This document shows positions 51,846 to 64,000 of a DNA stretch of 64,000 nt, in pieces. The notes under the pieces were generated by a model that was not told the origin of the DNA, did not search any database, and worked only from the letters and a program-made list of their open reading frames with translations. How positions within the stretch are numbered: the stretch's first letter is position 1; each line of letters opens with the position of its first letter. Location of the stretch: contig JBNZDD010013622.1 in NCBI GenBank assembly GCA_050575255.1, forward strand, positions 1,127,774 through 1,191,773. Direction: 5' to 3'. Made by a program: the position numbers and the translations under genes. The DNA comes from Harriotta raleighana (taxonomy: Eukaryota).

Positions 51846-54800
51846 TGAAGAGGAGGTGAATAGTGAAGGTCAAAGAGAAAAGTCGTGGGATGTTAGAGGA
51901 AAGTGTGTACAAATGTTATAGAAGGTTATGTTGCATCAGTCCTCATTAGTGTGTTTGGGCGAGGAAAGAAGTATACTTGACAAGTTAAATGGCCTCTTGT
52001 TTGATGCCACTCACTGTAAGAATGATTACTACTAGTAAATGCAATTTACTTAGCATCTACAATTGTTACCTCCCACATGGCACAAGACAGGAAAGAACAT
52101 AAAATGTTTCAAATAAACAAATGGAAAGAAACAGATTTGGGTCTGTCTCTTTTACATGCATCCCACTGTATAAAAATAGACAAGGGTCAAAAAATAGCTA
52201 GGCTGTACTCTCAGAGTATTGAGCCGAAATCGTCCAAAACAGGAATATTTAAGATTATGTTGATGGTATATCCTGTGAAGAGCTTTGAAACACCTCAATG
52301 ATGTGATAAGGCTGTATATCAAATGCCAGGATTATTACTATTAGCCAACTGTTAAAAGACTTTCTTAAAACAAGAGAGACTGCAAAACCGGTCAATGTAC
52401 CTGGTCATGTTGGTGAAAGTATCAACAGAATCTGTGAACCGGAGTGTAGTTCAGTCACCTGATCTGCTTTCTGACAAAATGTCATACCGAGGAACAACTT
52501 ACCACACTTAACCTTAGGACCTTGAACATGGCAGTGTTCGTAAACAACCTAGTAGTGAATGCAAGTTACTTATCCTTATTGATGCTGGATATGAAAAGGT
52601 AAAAAGATAACAGGATACATGAGGAGAGGTAGGTTTTTAATAAACACATGATGGCTTGGCTACATTATTTGTTTTCTACCGATGCTGAAACATGATAAGA
52701 CAGCCAACAAAAGTAATCCATCAACACAATCATCTGAAAAATAATGCACTGTCGCAGGATATGGTTCTAGATACTCTAGAGACGTCAGTGTATTCAGCTG
52801 CAACAGTGATAAACATGCACTGTAGAAAACAGGAAAAAGAACAGTTAACTGTCTGTTCTTCAAAAGATACTCCGGCATGGAGCACAGTCGTGCATTGGTA
52901 TAATATTGACACATTAAAAAAGACGATGCCGCAAAAGGGCAAGACATACAATCTGTAATAGTTTTAATTAATTTATATGAAATTCAGTTGGCCCCTAAAC
53001 CCCAGAGAAATTGCTTTTCTCCATCTTACAATGACATTTCCATCATTTGAGGTTTCGTTCCAACTTTCTACCCTTGCTCCACTTTTCCTAAAGTTGTGAC
53101 TCATGCTGAGCTGAGGTAATTCGATAGGGGCTGGCAGCTTCTGGTAACTGCCCTGAGGAGGTATGTATGGAAGGAGGTGCATGGGATCTCCTTGGCAGTT
53201 GAGTTGGCTCCAAAGTGATGTGCTTGGAACTGAAACGTCCAACTGGAGTTAAACTTCTGTGGTAGTTTCATTATCCTATTCCTGAGCCATTGTACTCCAG
53301 GGCATTGATGAAGACAAATCAGCCTCCTTGGTTCATCAACAATTCTCAAGAGTACCTTTCCCAAAGCCTGAATTCTTCAGTCAGCTTCTGCATGCAAAAG
53401 CCCCATGGGTGGGGTGGTCCCAGTAAACAAGTAGCTGGAATCTTGTCAGACAGTGTTAAGACTCCAGCACTACCATAGCACACTCCGGGGTTTTCAAATC
53501 TTGTCTCTTGCCAACCTGTGTCTAATCGTTTCCTGAATTACATAAGCATGTTGCTTCCCTCATGGAGAGAGTATGCATTCCATGTGTAGGTGACACAGGT
53601 AGAACTCTGTCTAGTTGGGATACTCCTAAACATAGTGATGGGTGTCTTCATGTGTCAGACAATCAGCTGTCTTAAAAAGCTAAGTTCCTACCTGNTATGC
53701 ATTCCATGTGTAGGTGACACAGGTAGAACTCTGTCTAGTTGGGATACTCCTAAACATAGTGATGGGTATCTTCATGTGTCAGACAATCAGCTGTCTTAAA
53801 AAGCTAAGTTCCTACCTGGTTATTCACTGAATAACTAGAGTTAGGCAAGTTATTTGACAGTGAGACGCTCATAGTTGAACCAGATAGCAAAACAATGGAC
53901 TAATTAGATTTTCATACATTTTCCCATTTCTTTGCAGCTCCCATTAAGGCTCCTTATTATAAATAAATATTTATTGTGTCATTTTTGCTTCAAGCTAAAT
54001 CCACCTGGAAGATATTTTCAGTGCTATAATTGATGAGTTCTATCAGATTTTGTAAACCATCTCTCTTGCTTTCTTCTAGGGAAAACTGCAAAACTATTGT
54101 ACTTTCCATAAGATAGTTATTTTCTGAACATTTTCACATTATGTAAATCTGAAAGCAAGGTTTGCATAGTTAGAAATCAAAAAGTGAATGAAAAGCAAGG
54201 AGAAACAGCATAGAAGAAAAGAGATTCAAAAGTATTTACAGTCAAATAGATGTAAATGGCAAGTTAGGAACAAAGAGGCCTGAAAGTCATCAGCAGAAAT
54301 AAGACATTGGTTGTCTTTTTATTCAATATTTAGAATTGTCAAACTCTTCAATACTGAAATGCCAAAAAACATGATGGTGTTTCCTGAGGCTTGGGGTCAT
54401 TCGGTTTACCAATCTTTAAAAGGAACAGGGATATTTTAAATGTTTCATTCAAGCGCAAGTGTATTTAGATTTAATGAGAAATAATCTCTTCGATCTAGCT
54501 ACAGACAGTTCTCATCATTTTTGATTTGCAATCACATTAACTATGATGATATAAAATTCAGCATTTGTGTGGGACTATTATGTCATGAACAGACTATGTA
54601 CACAAACCAATTTACACAGACATGAACGTTATACAACTTCCTCGGAACTGACTGTTTTCTGGCAGATTACTAAGGTTTTATCATTTCCCATACACATTTC
54701 ATCTACTTTGTATTTTTGGAGCAGTGCAACACATTGTTCACGATATTCGGTGCCAAATTTGGACCAGCGGAATCTAAAGGGCGTCACGGTAAAATATGAG

Positions 54801-57216
54801 GCAGACTGAGTTGAAGAGTAGTAAGACGAATACACATAGAAATAGGTCAGAAATACCGTACATTGTGTGCTGAGGCAATGTCAAATATAATTAACTACAA
54901 ATAAATGTCTCATGGCCAGAAATATGGACAATATCTAACTCTTAGTTTCTCATCTAATGAGATTTTGATATTTCATAAAATCATACAGCACAGAAGGGGG
55001 CCATTCAGCCCCATGTGCAGTGCCGAGTCTTTGAAAGACCTATCCAACAAGACCCACTCCCCTGCTTCTCAGCCCACAACCCTGCAAATTTCCTTTTCAA
55101 ATCCCTTTATATCTTATTAAAACAAACCTGGGTTTTAATCATGGAATGATAATGAATCCCACTTATTTCTTGTTAACCCATATTGCATAAAATAACAAGT
55201 TTTAAATCGAAAATTGAAATTGCACATTAATTAAGTTGGGGGGGGGTTGGGGGGTGATGGTGGAGAAGGGAATTCACCTTTTCTAATTCATATATTTCTC
55301 CCCTTGAGCATTTTAAAAAAAAAAGACATATTGATCAAGGCAAAGGATGATAATTCAACCACATTTGTACTTTGGAGACTAGTCTCAACAAAGCTTTTTC
55401 TCTGCCTTGGGCGTAAATTCATAGGAACAGGCCCAATTTTACCAACATGACATTTTTCATTTCACGCATGAGCTGCACCTTGTGGTTTTTTGACTGCGAC
55501 TTGTCAATTTAATGGCAATCAGTACTAATAGATTCATTGCTGGTAATCGGCCATTGCAAACTTTCCTTGGTGAGAGAAATCAAGATCAGCTGCCGACAAC
55601 AGAAAAGAATAAAAAGCACATTCCTCGGCACGTCTTTTTTTGTGTACCAGGTGATTTTCTCTGGCAATGGCAGCAAAATCTTAACTGTACCCTGAGGTTG
55701 AATAAATATGGAAGCCTATATTTCTGTAGCATATTTGCCAATACCTGGACTTAAAGGAAATAGGTCTTAAAATTGTATAATTCACCAGAGTACTTTTATA
55801 TTTGATAATTGTTTTGACCTGTAATTGAAGATTAGACCCCCATTTAGATATCCATTTCCAACTGAGAGCAAATCATATTTTCAGCAAACCATCAGTTCAA
55901 CTCAATCTTTCTCCCTAATGACCATCAGGAAGAATTTGTTTTCAAATCGGAATATCTTCACAATTTAAGTGTTAGTAAGAAGATTTTCTCTCAAATCCTC
56001 TGGGATCATATAATCAGAAATGCAACCATTCAGTTTATCCGACAACTAAAATAAGGAAAGAAGGGTGTTATTTGGCATATACTGTATTTAAAACGCATGA
56101 TGCACAGTATAGATTTACAGAGTTTTTTTTATATCCCCTTCACCCAACAGCTGGCGCGAAGGATAAAAGAATCAGGCTGCTTCTATTTTCCATCTTAAAA
56201 CTAATCCCTCAAGCAAAACTACAAAATTATGAATGTAAAGATACTTCTGTAGCTTGATAGCCTAGGGACAAAGTAACAGAACATCTATCAAAAATAATGT
56301 ATACTGTGCATCTGAGCTCTTTATGATCTGCATGTGGGAAAACTGCTGCGGTGGTGGTGGGGGGGTGGATTTTGCATTGGCAGCCAATGAGCACACAGCA
56401 ATGTGAATAACCGATCTTATCTGAGGAATTGTTGGCCAGGAAACAGAAGGTCCCTTTTGCTTTTAAAATAATGCTGCAGGATCTTTAAACATCCACCCCA
56501 ACAGGTAGACAGGATATTAGTTTAACAGATTATCTATGCACAACATCTCCAGCACAGCATTGGGTGTGTCCGCATAGAACTATGCCTTGAACACAATTTT
56601 CTGTCTCAGATGTGAGAGTACAATCGACTGACCTAGACTCTCAGCCAGCATTTTAAAAGACACCCAATTGTGGATATCAAGATACTGAACTCAAGAAAGT
56701 GAACTCACAATTCCTTCAGAAATTGGCATCCAATGAACTGAGCTACTCAATACTCTGCCAAAAGCATAACTTGCCATTGTCCTCATCCAACGCCGAGTTC
56801 CTTCCATAATCAATTTGTCCCTCTCATCGAGATAAACATTGCAGTCTACTCTAGATTTTCTTTCTAAATGGGTGCTGGTTTCAGTTTGCCAATGCGCCAG
56901 TGCAATGAGGTAACAGACGACTGAACGACTGAAGTATATATAGTGTAAAATTATCATTCAAGTGTTCCCATTTCAAGCATAAAGTGATTTATGGATATTT
57001 GCCGAGCTAAAAAGTTTGTGCTGTTGAATTCCATCTTTGTAATCGCAAGTTGTGTAGGTGTCTATATTTGTGTTCTTATTTATTTTATATCCCAACATGA
57101 GTCTTTACTAAAACCAGTTTTATTTCTCAAGATTTATCACAACAAAATCTGAACCATTAATGTGTTATCAATGAAATGAAAAAGATTTCGGGAAACAATG
57201 CTCCAAACAAACTCAC

Positions 57217-57368
57217 CCATTAATTATTTCTTTAGACTCTCCACGGATGAAGAATTCCCGTTCAGGTGTGATGATGCAGAGTGCATTCTTCTGTCCGGTC
57301 TTGGGTTCAGCATCAATGACATCTGTACACTGGTTCATGTTAACTGTCCCCTGTGGCAGGGTACTCGG
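57217..57368 (-). CDS. MPRIP: MPRIP-like exon, PH domain 1 (PSTLPQGTVNMNQCTDV...ESKEIING)
   Basis: Acceptor cttgcag|, donor |gtgagt; 152 nt, phase 0 to 2; matches the MPRIP N-terminal PH domain. Confidence 0.92.
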
Positions 57369-58679
57369 CTGCAAGACCAAGAAAAACAGCAAGATTAAGA
57401 CCAGCAGCATGAGTATCAAACCCTAACAATACAGCTGTAATTATCATGTACTTCTCTTGTAAGAACAGGAATGCACTCAAGCATATCAGAAAGCTGCAAA
57501 GGATTTTAACTGTTGTCTTAATTTGGGTGGATGAAGAAAGTCACAGGCAGATCCATCTTTTTCTAAAATGAACAGAAAATGCTGGAAACACGATTTAGGT
57601 CAATCAAAATCCAACCGAGAAAGGTCAATGTTTTGGGTGTCATCGGAGTTGGAACTGTGCTATTAAAAGCTCCTTTTCTGGCTTTGATACCAATTAAGAA
57701 AACAAATTGCTGGGATGTTAAAAACTGAAACATTCCAACCACATACTCAAAAGACACAGCCCAAGCAAGTACTGCTGCATCTGTGATGGATACCAGGTCT
57801 GGATTCAATTTTGTTCAGAGAGTTGAGAAACTGAGGTGGGTGCCAAAAGGCCATGGGAGCAATACACCACTGAGGTTAAAGCTTGGCAATTACACAGTTG
57901 CCACCACGGTAATTTGTGAATCTATACCACATGAAGGAAAATAATAGTAAAAAAAAATTCTTGCATTTGTTATAGCACCTTATAGTGTAAAATATGCTGT
58001 GAAGTTTACTGTAAAGTTGCAAGCAATGTTCTTATGGTGAAGGATATTAACTGCTGCACCACCAGGCTACATAATATGGATCATCCTTGAGCACAGTGAG
58101 AATTTTTTTTACTCTTGTGCAATTTCTGAGTGTGGTTTTCAAAAATGTGTCAATGCTTCACAAGATCGGTTTGGATGAAATATTCTCTTTTGCCCTTCTG
58201 ATCTTATCCCTTCAAAATATCCACCCTACCTTTCTCCCATCACAGCATCAAGCTGTCTTTTTAAATGATCTAGTGATTCAATAGGCGTGGGTTAATATAA
58301 CAGTCACGGGTTAATTCTAGTTATGAAGTTACATGCTGACATACGAGCAGCATCAGTACTATAATTTTCAGTGCGACGCTAAACCTTACAGAACTTGTCA
58401 GCCCACATCCCACATAAACCGGAATTTCTGTCAGTTAAGAATTAACTCTGGCAGAGATTTTAAAACTCCCTGATTTCTGTGAAGTTGAAACTTCTTCCCC
58501 CCACCCCCACAACAAATTACAAAGCACTGCGAGGGAAGGGGGAGGGAAGAAGAGATGGGAGTTTCTCTCTTCCAGTATCCTGGTTGACAATTCCCCAGGT
58601 AAAATTGCTAACTTCATGACTGTTTGGGGGGGGGGGGGGGGGGGGGGGGNNGGGGGGGGGGGGGGGGGGGAAGTTGTTA

Positions 58680-58875
58680 TGCACAAATCAACTGCTGTGT
58701 TCGCCCACAAAATATACAGTCAATTCAACTTACAGTACATTATGTGAAATGCTTTGAGACGTCTATCTCAAAGATGTGATGAGGCTCTACACCAAACGCA
58801 AAGATTATTATTATTTGATTCTTGTGAAATGCTCTCCCAATGTGAAAGGTGATGTAACAAATGTAAAGATTATTA
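58680..58875 (+). mobile_element. SINE body and two tandem 3' tails after a poly-G tract
   Basis: ttcgcccacaaaatatacagtcaatt...tgtgaaatgctttgagacgt...aaagattattatta, with a partial repeat of the tail. Confidence 0.55.
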
Positions 58876-61249
58876 TGATTAACATTGTTTTTCTCTGCAT
58901 TAAGTTAGAACGACCTTCCTCCAGAGTGAACCAAACCTCTAAAATAATAAATGATAATAATCCTTGCTTTTAATATAATGGCACATCACATTGTCAAAAT
59001 ATCTCAAAGCATCTCACAGGGTTTTACTGAAAAGTGTAGTGCTGGTGTAATTTCAAGGCAAAGCAAACAAAATGTTTAAATCTTAAATTTAATTGACTGT
59101 ACTGGGATATTTGCTACCAATCTTTCCTTCCTCCACCAATGCAGGACACGGGCAGTTCAGAAGTGTGAACCTCCTAATATGCAGTACTTTAACACAATTC
59201 TGCATTTCTGGCACAACGTTGAGCCTGTGCTGCACAATGTTATTTACAGACCACTAAAACTGCCTAAAACAAAGATAAAAACAGTCTGCCTAGTTGTTCA
59301 AAGGAAGATGCTGGTTTCCAGATGAAATCTGAACCCTATCATCTCCCCTGATAAAGGCCCGGCCACCAGGGAATGTCTCAATGCCTGCAGTTCTCAGAGT
59401 TAAGCACCACAAGTGCTGCAAGGGGCCTCTTGTACTCCATTTTAAACTTTCACAAAACATTTTATAAAACAAAAATCTCTCATCAGGAACAACATTAAAG
59501 GTCGAATGTTTTTATTCCTTAAGGATTCAGAAAACATTCTGTATGGATGAATGGAAATGTGGAACAATCAATTTGATAAAATTGATCAGATCATTGAATT
59601 CTCCAGGCTACTAAAAGGAAAAAATGTAGAATACCTTTGAGCTTTTTCTTATAAATTAACAAAAAGTAAGGAGCAGAACAGATCCTGCCATGGATCAAAC
59701 TGGAAGGATGGAAAAATAGATTTTTCACTTTAAAAAGTTGAATCCGCTTCACATACTATCTATTTACCCTTCATGCGGGGAGGCAAGTCAGGCTCATTTA
59801 CCAGCTCTTCCCACTCAGTCCTGCAAACCAAATATGGTGTTCCTGGAATGACAAGCAGTGCAAAGCTCACCAATCTTCACCATGGCAAGCGCCATGGGTT
59901 TAAACAATAACAACTTGCATTTATATAGTGCCCTCCATGTCTGGTAGCGTTTCAGGGCGTTTCGTAGTGGCGGAGACTGATTCCAAGCCAATGGGAAGTA
60001 GCCATAAGAGAGTGGCAAAGTGGAGGGATTGAGGGAGAGTGTTAAATACTGGTTCTGGTTAAACTCTAGCAGTACCACAATACACACTCTGGGGTCCTCA
60101 AGCCTTGATTTTTGCTATTCTGCACCTAACCACTCACTGGGATTCGGTAAGCAGGAGTCCTCTGGAGAAAGAATGCATGCTCCATGATAAATGGAAACTA
60201 TACATGTGTGTAACTCTATATTTTGGTATTGTGCCTCTCAGACGTGGTGATGAGTTTCATCGTCAGGTAACTGACCGAAGAAACACATATATAGGGCACT
60301 ATACATTAATGGATTCATTAAAACTGCATGTTTTGCTTTTCTATAGCTGCAAATATGATCTAGCAAGACAAAAAGTAATGGAAATTTATAGAAATGGACA
60401 AGGAATGGATGTTTTGAGAAAAAAAGCTACAGCATAATACAGGAAGCACATTTCTTTTCCCACAAGAAATTAAGATGCTCTATTTATACAACATTCACTA
60501 TCAGGAGGAGGACTTGTAGCACAAGCAATGATCTTAAGAAAATAGATCACCAGTTCATAAATAACACCTAATCCACAGATTTTCCTTTGGCTGTGTGGTT
60601 TGAAAGATCTTCATTTACTAAGACTCTACAAGACCAATGGCAAATTCCATTGGGACATTAACATTGCTCAGCTGGATAGGTTATTGAAATGACAAGATAA
60701 AGATGACAGCATTTCAGAAATACCTAATGGACTTCTTGAAATGAAACAGGTCTAACCTCACTCCATCAGCAGCAAGATTGCACAGTTTCACGTTCACAAC
60801 AGTATCCTTTAAACCATTACAACATATTAAAACTTATTGAAATAGTCACCCATTTAGGGAAATAGGCTAGTGTATAAGTCACTTCCTCCTACTGAGGATA
60901 AAGCAGAAAGCGCCAGCACATTTTAAGAACAGAGAGGGATCAGAGGAGCAATTAGCAGGAGTCAGGACTCGTATAAAGACAAGCATGGACTAGATGGGCC
61001 AAATGGCCTCTTTCTGTACTGAATCATACAAAAACAACATGTATAATCTATGAACTCTACAGTTCAAGTTGTGCATTATTGTAGACAAAAATGTGATGGG
61101 GATAGTTAAACAAATGTTATACTCCTAAATAAACAGGAAGACCAGATAGTCAGCACAAATTATGCAACTAGAATTTGAAGAGGTCTGTTTAAATATACAG
61201 TATATTGCTCTGCAGTTATTTTTAAATAAATGGTATCTCCACTAAATAA

Positions 61250-62225
61250 TAATCCTTGCATTTGATATAGCGCTTTTCACACCTTATCAACGTCCCAAAG
61301 CGCTTCACAGAATATACTGTAAAGTAAATTGACTGTATATATTGTTGTTTTTTCTATTGTTGTTGCTTTTATTTATTATTGTTGATGTTGTTTGTTGTTG
61401 TTTAATCCCCCCTGCCCTCTGACTTTGTCCCCTCTTTTTTCTTCTTCCCTCTCTCCCTTTCCCCCCTTCCCTCCCTTTTCCCTCTTACCCCCCTTTCTCC
61501 CTGGTTTTGCCTCCCACCCACCTTTCCCTCCCTCTTCCCCCTTGCCAACATTTCTCCCTCCTTGTCCTCCCTGATTCCCCCTTTCTCCGACCTTTTTCCT
61601 CCCTGTTTTACCCCACCCGCTTTTCCCTCCATCTCCCCCCTTGCCATCTTTTCCCCCTTTCTCCCCCGGCCCCATTTCCGTGTCTGTTTGTGGGACATTG
61701 CTGTGCACAATTTGGCTGCCGCATTTCGCCCCCAAATATGCACCTGGTTTTCCTGCTTTCTTCCCCCTACCCCGACCCCTCCCCTTACCCTCTTTCCCCC
61801 TTTCATCCCTGGCTCCCTCACTTCCATGACTGTTTGTGGGACACTGAAGTGCGCAATTTAGCTGCCGCGTTTCGCCCACAAATATACAGTCAACTTTTCC
61901 TACTTTTCTTCCCCCTCCCCCTCCCCCCACTTGACTGTACAACACCTTGGGACGTCCTCCCGACGTGAAAGGCGCTTTATAAATATAAATAAATAAAAAA
62001 TAATATATTTGTGGGTGGAACGCAGCAGCCAATTGCGCACAGCAGTGTCCCACAAACAGTCGTGGATTGAAATGACCAATTTTATTATTGTGTTTTTTTT
62101 GGAGGAATTATTATTAGGCATGTGGAGTAAGGAAACCTGCCCAAGGTTTCGCCTTGACCTGCCTGGATTCGAACACAAGTCTCATGCTTGTAAGGCGAGT
62201 GCTCTAACCACTGAGCCACAGGAGC
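61250..62225 (-). mobile_element. tRNA-derived Deu-like SINE interrupted by an opposite-strand insertion (about 61343-62003)
   Basis: On the minus strand, box A TGGCTCAGTGG and box B GTTCGAATCC lie at about 62165-62220. The body TGTTTGTGGGACACTGCTGTGCGCAATTGGCTGC resumes at 61340 and ends in the tail AAAGCGCTATATCAAATGCAAGGATTATTA. Confidence 0.8.
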
Positions 62226-62270
62226 TAAAATACTGAAACTGGAGACCTAATCAGGTGCCAATTCTAAATA

Positions 62271-63799
62271 CAGTAAAACCTTGTTTATCCGGCACCCACG
62301 GGACCTGGCCAGTAGCGGTTAAGCGTTTTTTCTGGTTGAACTGATTTTTTTTTTTTTAAATGTTAAAATTATTTTAGCACATACCATATTAATACAATAA
62401 TCCGTGACTCAAATAATCGGAAAACTCATTCAATCGCCATCTCAAAAAAAAGGTCCCGATTCGATTAACCAGAAGTTATCCGGTGACTTGTTTAATGTCG
62501 GGTCTAAACTCGTTCCAGGTCCTTTTAAAAGTCGTGGTTTTACCTCGTTCGCTTGGAGCATGGGCTCCATCCAAAGGGAGCGTGTCTCTCTCTCTCACAC
62601 ACTCTCNNNNNNNNNNNNNNNNNNNNNNNNNNNNNNNNNNNNNNNNNNNNNNNNNNNNNNNNNNNNNNNNNNNNNNNNNNNNNNNNNNNNNNNNNNNNNN
62701 NNNNNNNNNNNNNNNNNNNNNNNNNNNNNNNNNNNNNNNNNNNNNNNNNNNNNNNNNNNNNNNNNNNGGATAGCAAAATGGAGTGAGAGAGAGAGAGAGA
62801 ATGATGCAGGTAGAGAGAGAGGAAAGGGAGAATTTATATGAAGGATTCAGACTGAATATCTTTGAAGGTGTGTGTGTCTGTCTATCTGTGTCTGTCTGTG
62901 TGTGCGCGCGCGCGCTGGTGGTTAGGTCTAAACGTGTTGCTTTTTAAAGTCGCGTTTTGTTTACCTCCGTCGAACCAGTACTGCGATTGCGAAGATAAGT
63001 ATAAATAATAATGTACTAATACTATATTCTGTTATTATTTAGTCTATTATTAATATGGTACGTGTTAAAGTAATTTTTAAAAAATTACAATTATTTTTTT
63101 AAAAATCCGTTCAACCAGAAAAACGGTTTAACCGCCACTGGCCAGGTCCTGTGGTCCAGAATAAATAATAACAGAATATTATATTAGTACATTATTATTT
63201 ATACTTAACTTCGCAATCGCAGCACTGATTCAGAGGTAAAACAAAACGCAACTTTAAAAAGCAACGAGTTTAGACCTAACGGCCAGCATACACACAGACA
63301 GACAGACAGACACAGACCCCCAAAGATATTCAATCTGAATCCATCATATAAATTCTGTCCACAATCCTCAAACCCCCCCCCATCCCTTTCCTCTCTCTCC
63401 CTCCCTCTCTCTCTGCATCAACCTGCCTGCCATTATTCTCTCTCTCTTGCTCCATTATGCTTTCCACCATCTCCCTCCCTTCCCCCATCTCTCATTCCCC
63501 CCCTCTCTCTGTCTCTCCATCTCCCCCCTCCCTCTCTCTTTCCGTCTCCTCCATTCCCGCCCCCCCCCGGCAGCATATTTTTTATGTATTCAGTACTTAA
63601 ACTTTCCAACAGCAGGCACTCATGCAAACGAGGTAAAAAAAAACTTATGACTTTTAAAAGGACCCGGAACAAGTTTAGACCTGACATTAAACGCGTCACT
63701 GGATAACTTCCAGTTAATTGAATCGGGACTTTTTTTTTTGAGATGGAGATTGAACGGGTTTTCCGATTATTCGAGTCACAGATAAACAAGGTGTTACTG
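62271..63799. mobile_element. MITE family A, copy 3, containing an inverted second copy (about 62398-63152)
   Basis: ta|CAGTAAAACCTTGTTTATCC ... GATAAACAAGGTGTTACTG|ta; the internal segment matches copy 1 in orientation and includes an N gap. Confidence 0.8.
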
Positions 63800-64000
63800 T
63801 AATACTTATGAGGGTTATAGAATACTTCACCAGTTGAGCATTTGCAAATGAAAGTTTAGCCAATTACTCTAAGATTTATCTAAAGTCTAAAAATGCTCTG
63901 AAAATATAAACAGAGTTGAAGTGCAACCACTAAGCCTTTGTCCTATGTGCCTCTGGCTGAGGCCCAGTATGCAGCAATTAGATATGACAGGCCGATAATC

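Larger units (their letters stand above)
645..57368 (-). other. MPRIP: MPRIP-like gene (myosin phosphatase Rho-interacting protein / outspread family), internal portion with 17 coding exons; 5' and 3' ends outside the window
   Basis: The spliced exons form one open frame with hallmark MPRIP peptides: [121 protein letters not shown]. All junction phases are compatible. Exact orthology (MPRIP or a paralog) is unresolved. Confidence 0.9.

Noticed and set aside
52973-53520. Somewhat GC-richer segment with overlapping 60-90 aa ORFs
   Set aside because: No recognisable protein similarity and no phase-compatible splice sites found; the flanking host exons already join in frame.
53572-53818. Near-exact ~123-nt tandem duplication
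   Set aside because: The two copies are separated by a single N, the signature of an unmerged contig overlap; probable assembly artefact.
58625-58670. Long poly-G tract
   Set aside because: Contains an N; its length is probably inflated by sequencing or assembly.
61376-62053. 225-aa Gly/Lys/Arg-rich ORF that looks superficially like another basic nuclear protein
   Set aside because: It is the translation of the polypurine spacers and SINE cores of the composite repeat.
62140-62225. tRNA-like sequence with A and B boxes
   Set aside because: It continues into SINE body and tail sequence, so it is a SINE head rather than a tRNA gene.
57369-64000. Search for the preceding PH1 exon (KWQRRFFILYEHG-like)
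   Set aside because: Not found; it probably lies beyond position 64000.

Overview
Eukaryotic (vertebrate) genomic DNA, most likely a cartilaginous fish, judged from the repeat landscape and a dogfish-type spermatid protein gene. Most of the window is the interior of one minus-strand gene of the MPRIP/TRIOBP (outspread) family, closest to MPRIP. I traced 17 phase-compatible coding exons from 57368 down to 645 (6483 nt, 2161 codons). They cover the end of PH domain 1, PH domain 2, a skippable 3771-nt coiled-coil exon and the C-terminal coiled coil; both ends of the gene lie outside the window. The main finding is a small, apparently intronless plus-strand gene (15213-15503) nested antisense in the intron just upstream of the giant exon. 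It encodes a 96-aa Arg/Lys/Cys-rich protein that closely resembles the dogfish spermatid-specific nuclear (transition) protein S1, and it has its own candidate promoter and polyA signal. Other points of interest are a GC-AG intron, a 3' splice site apparently built from a retroposon tail, RBFOX/QKI motifs around the giant exon, and two nested or inverted transposon structures near 61-64 kb. Introns contain L2 and CR1 LINE relics, tRNA-headed Deu-like SINEs and TA-flanked Tc1/mariner(pogo)-type MITEs. All homology calls come from remembered sequences, not database searches.
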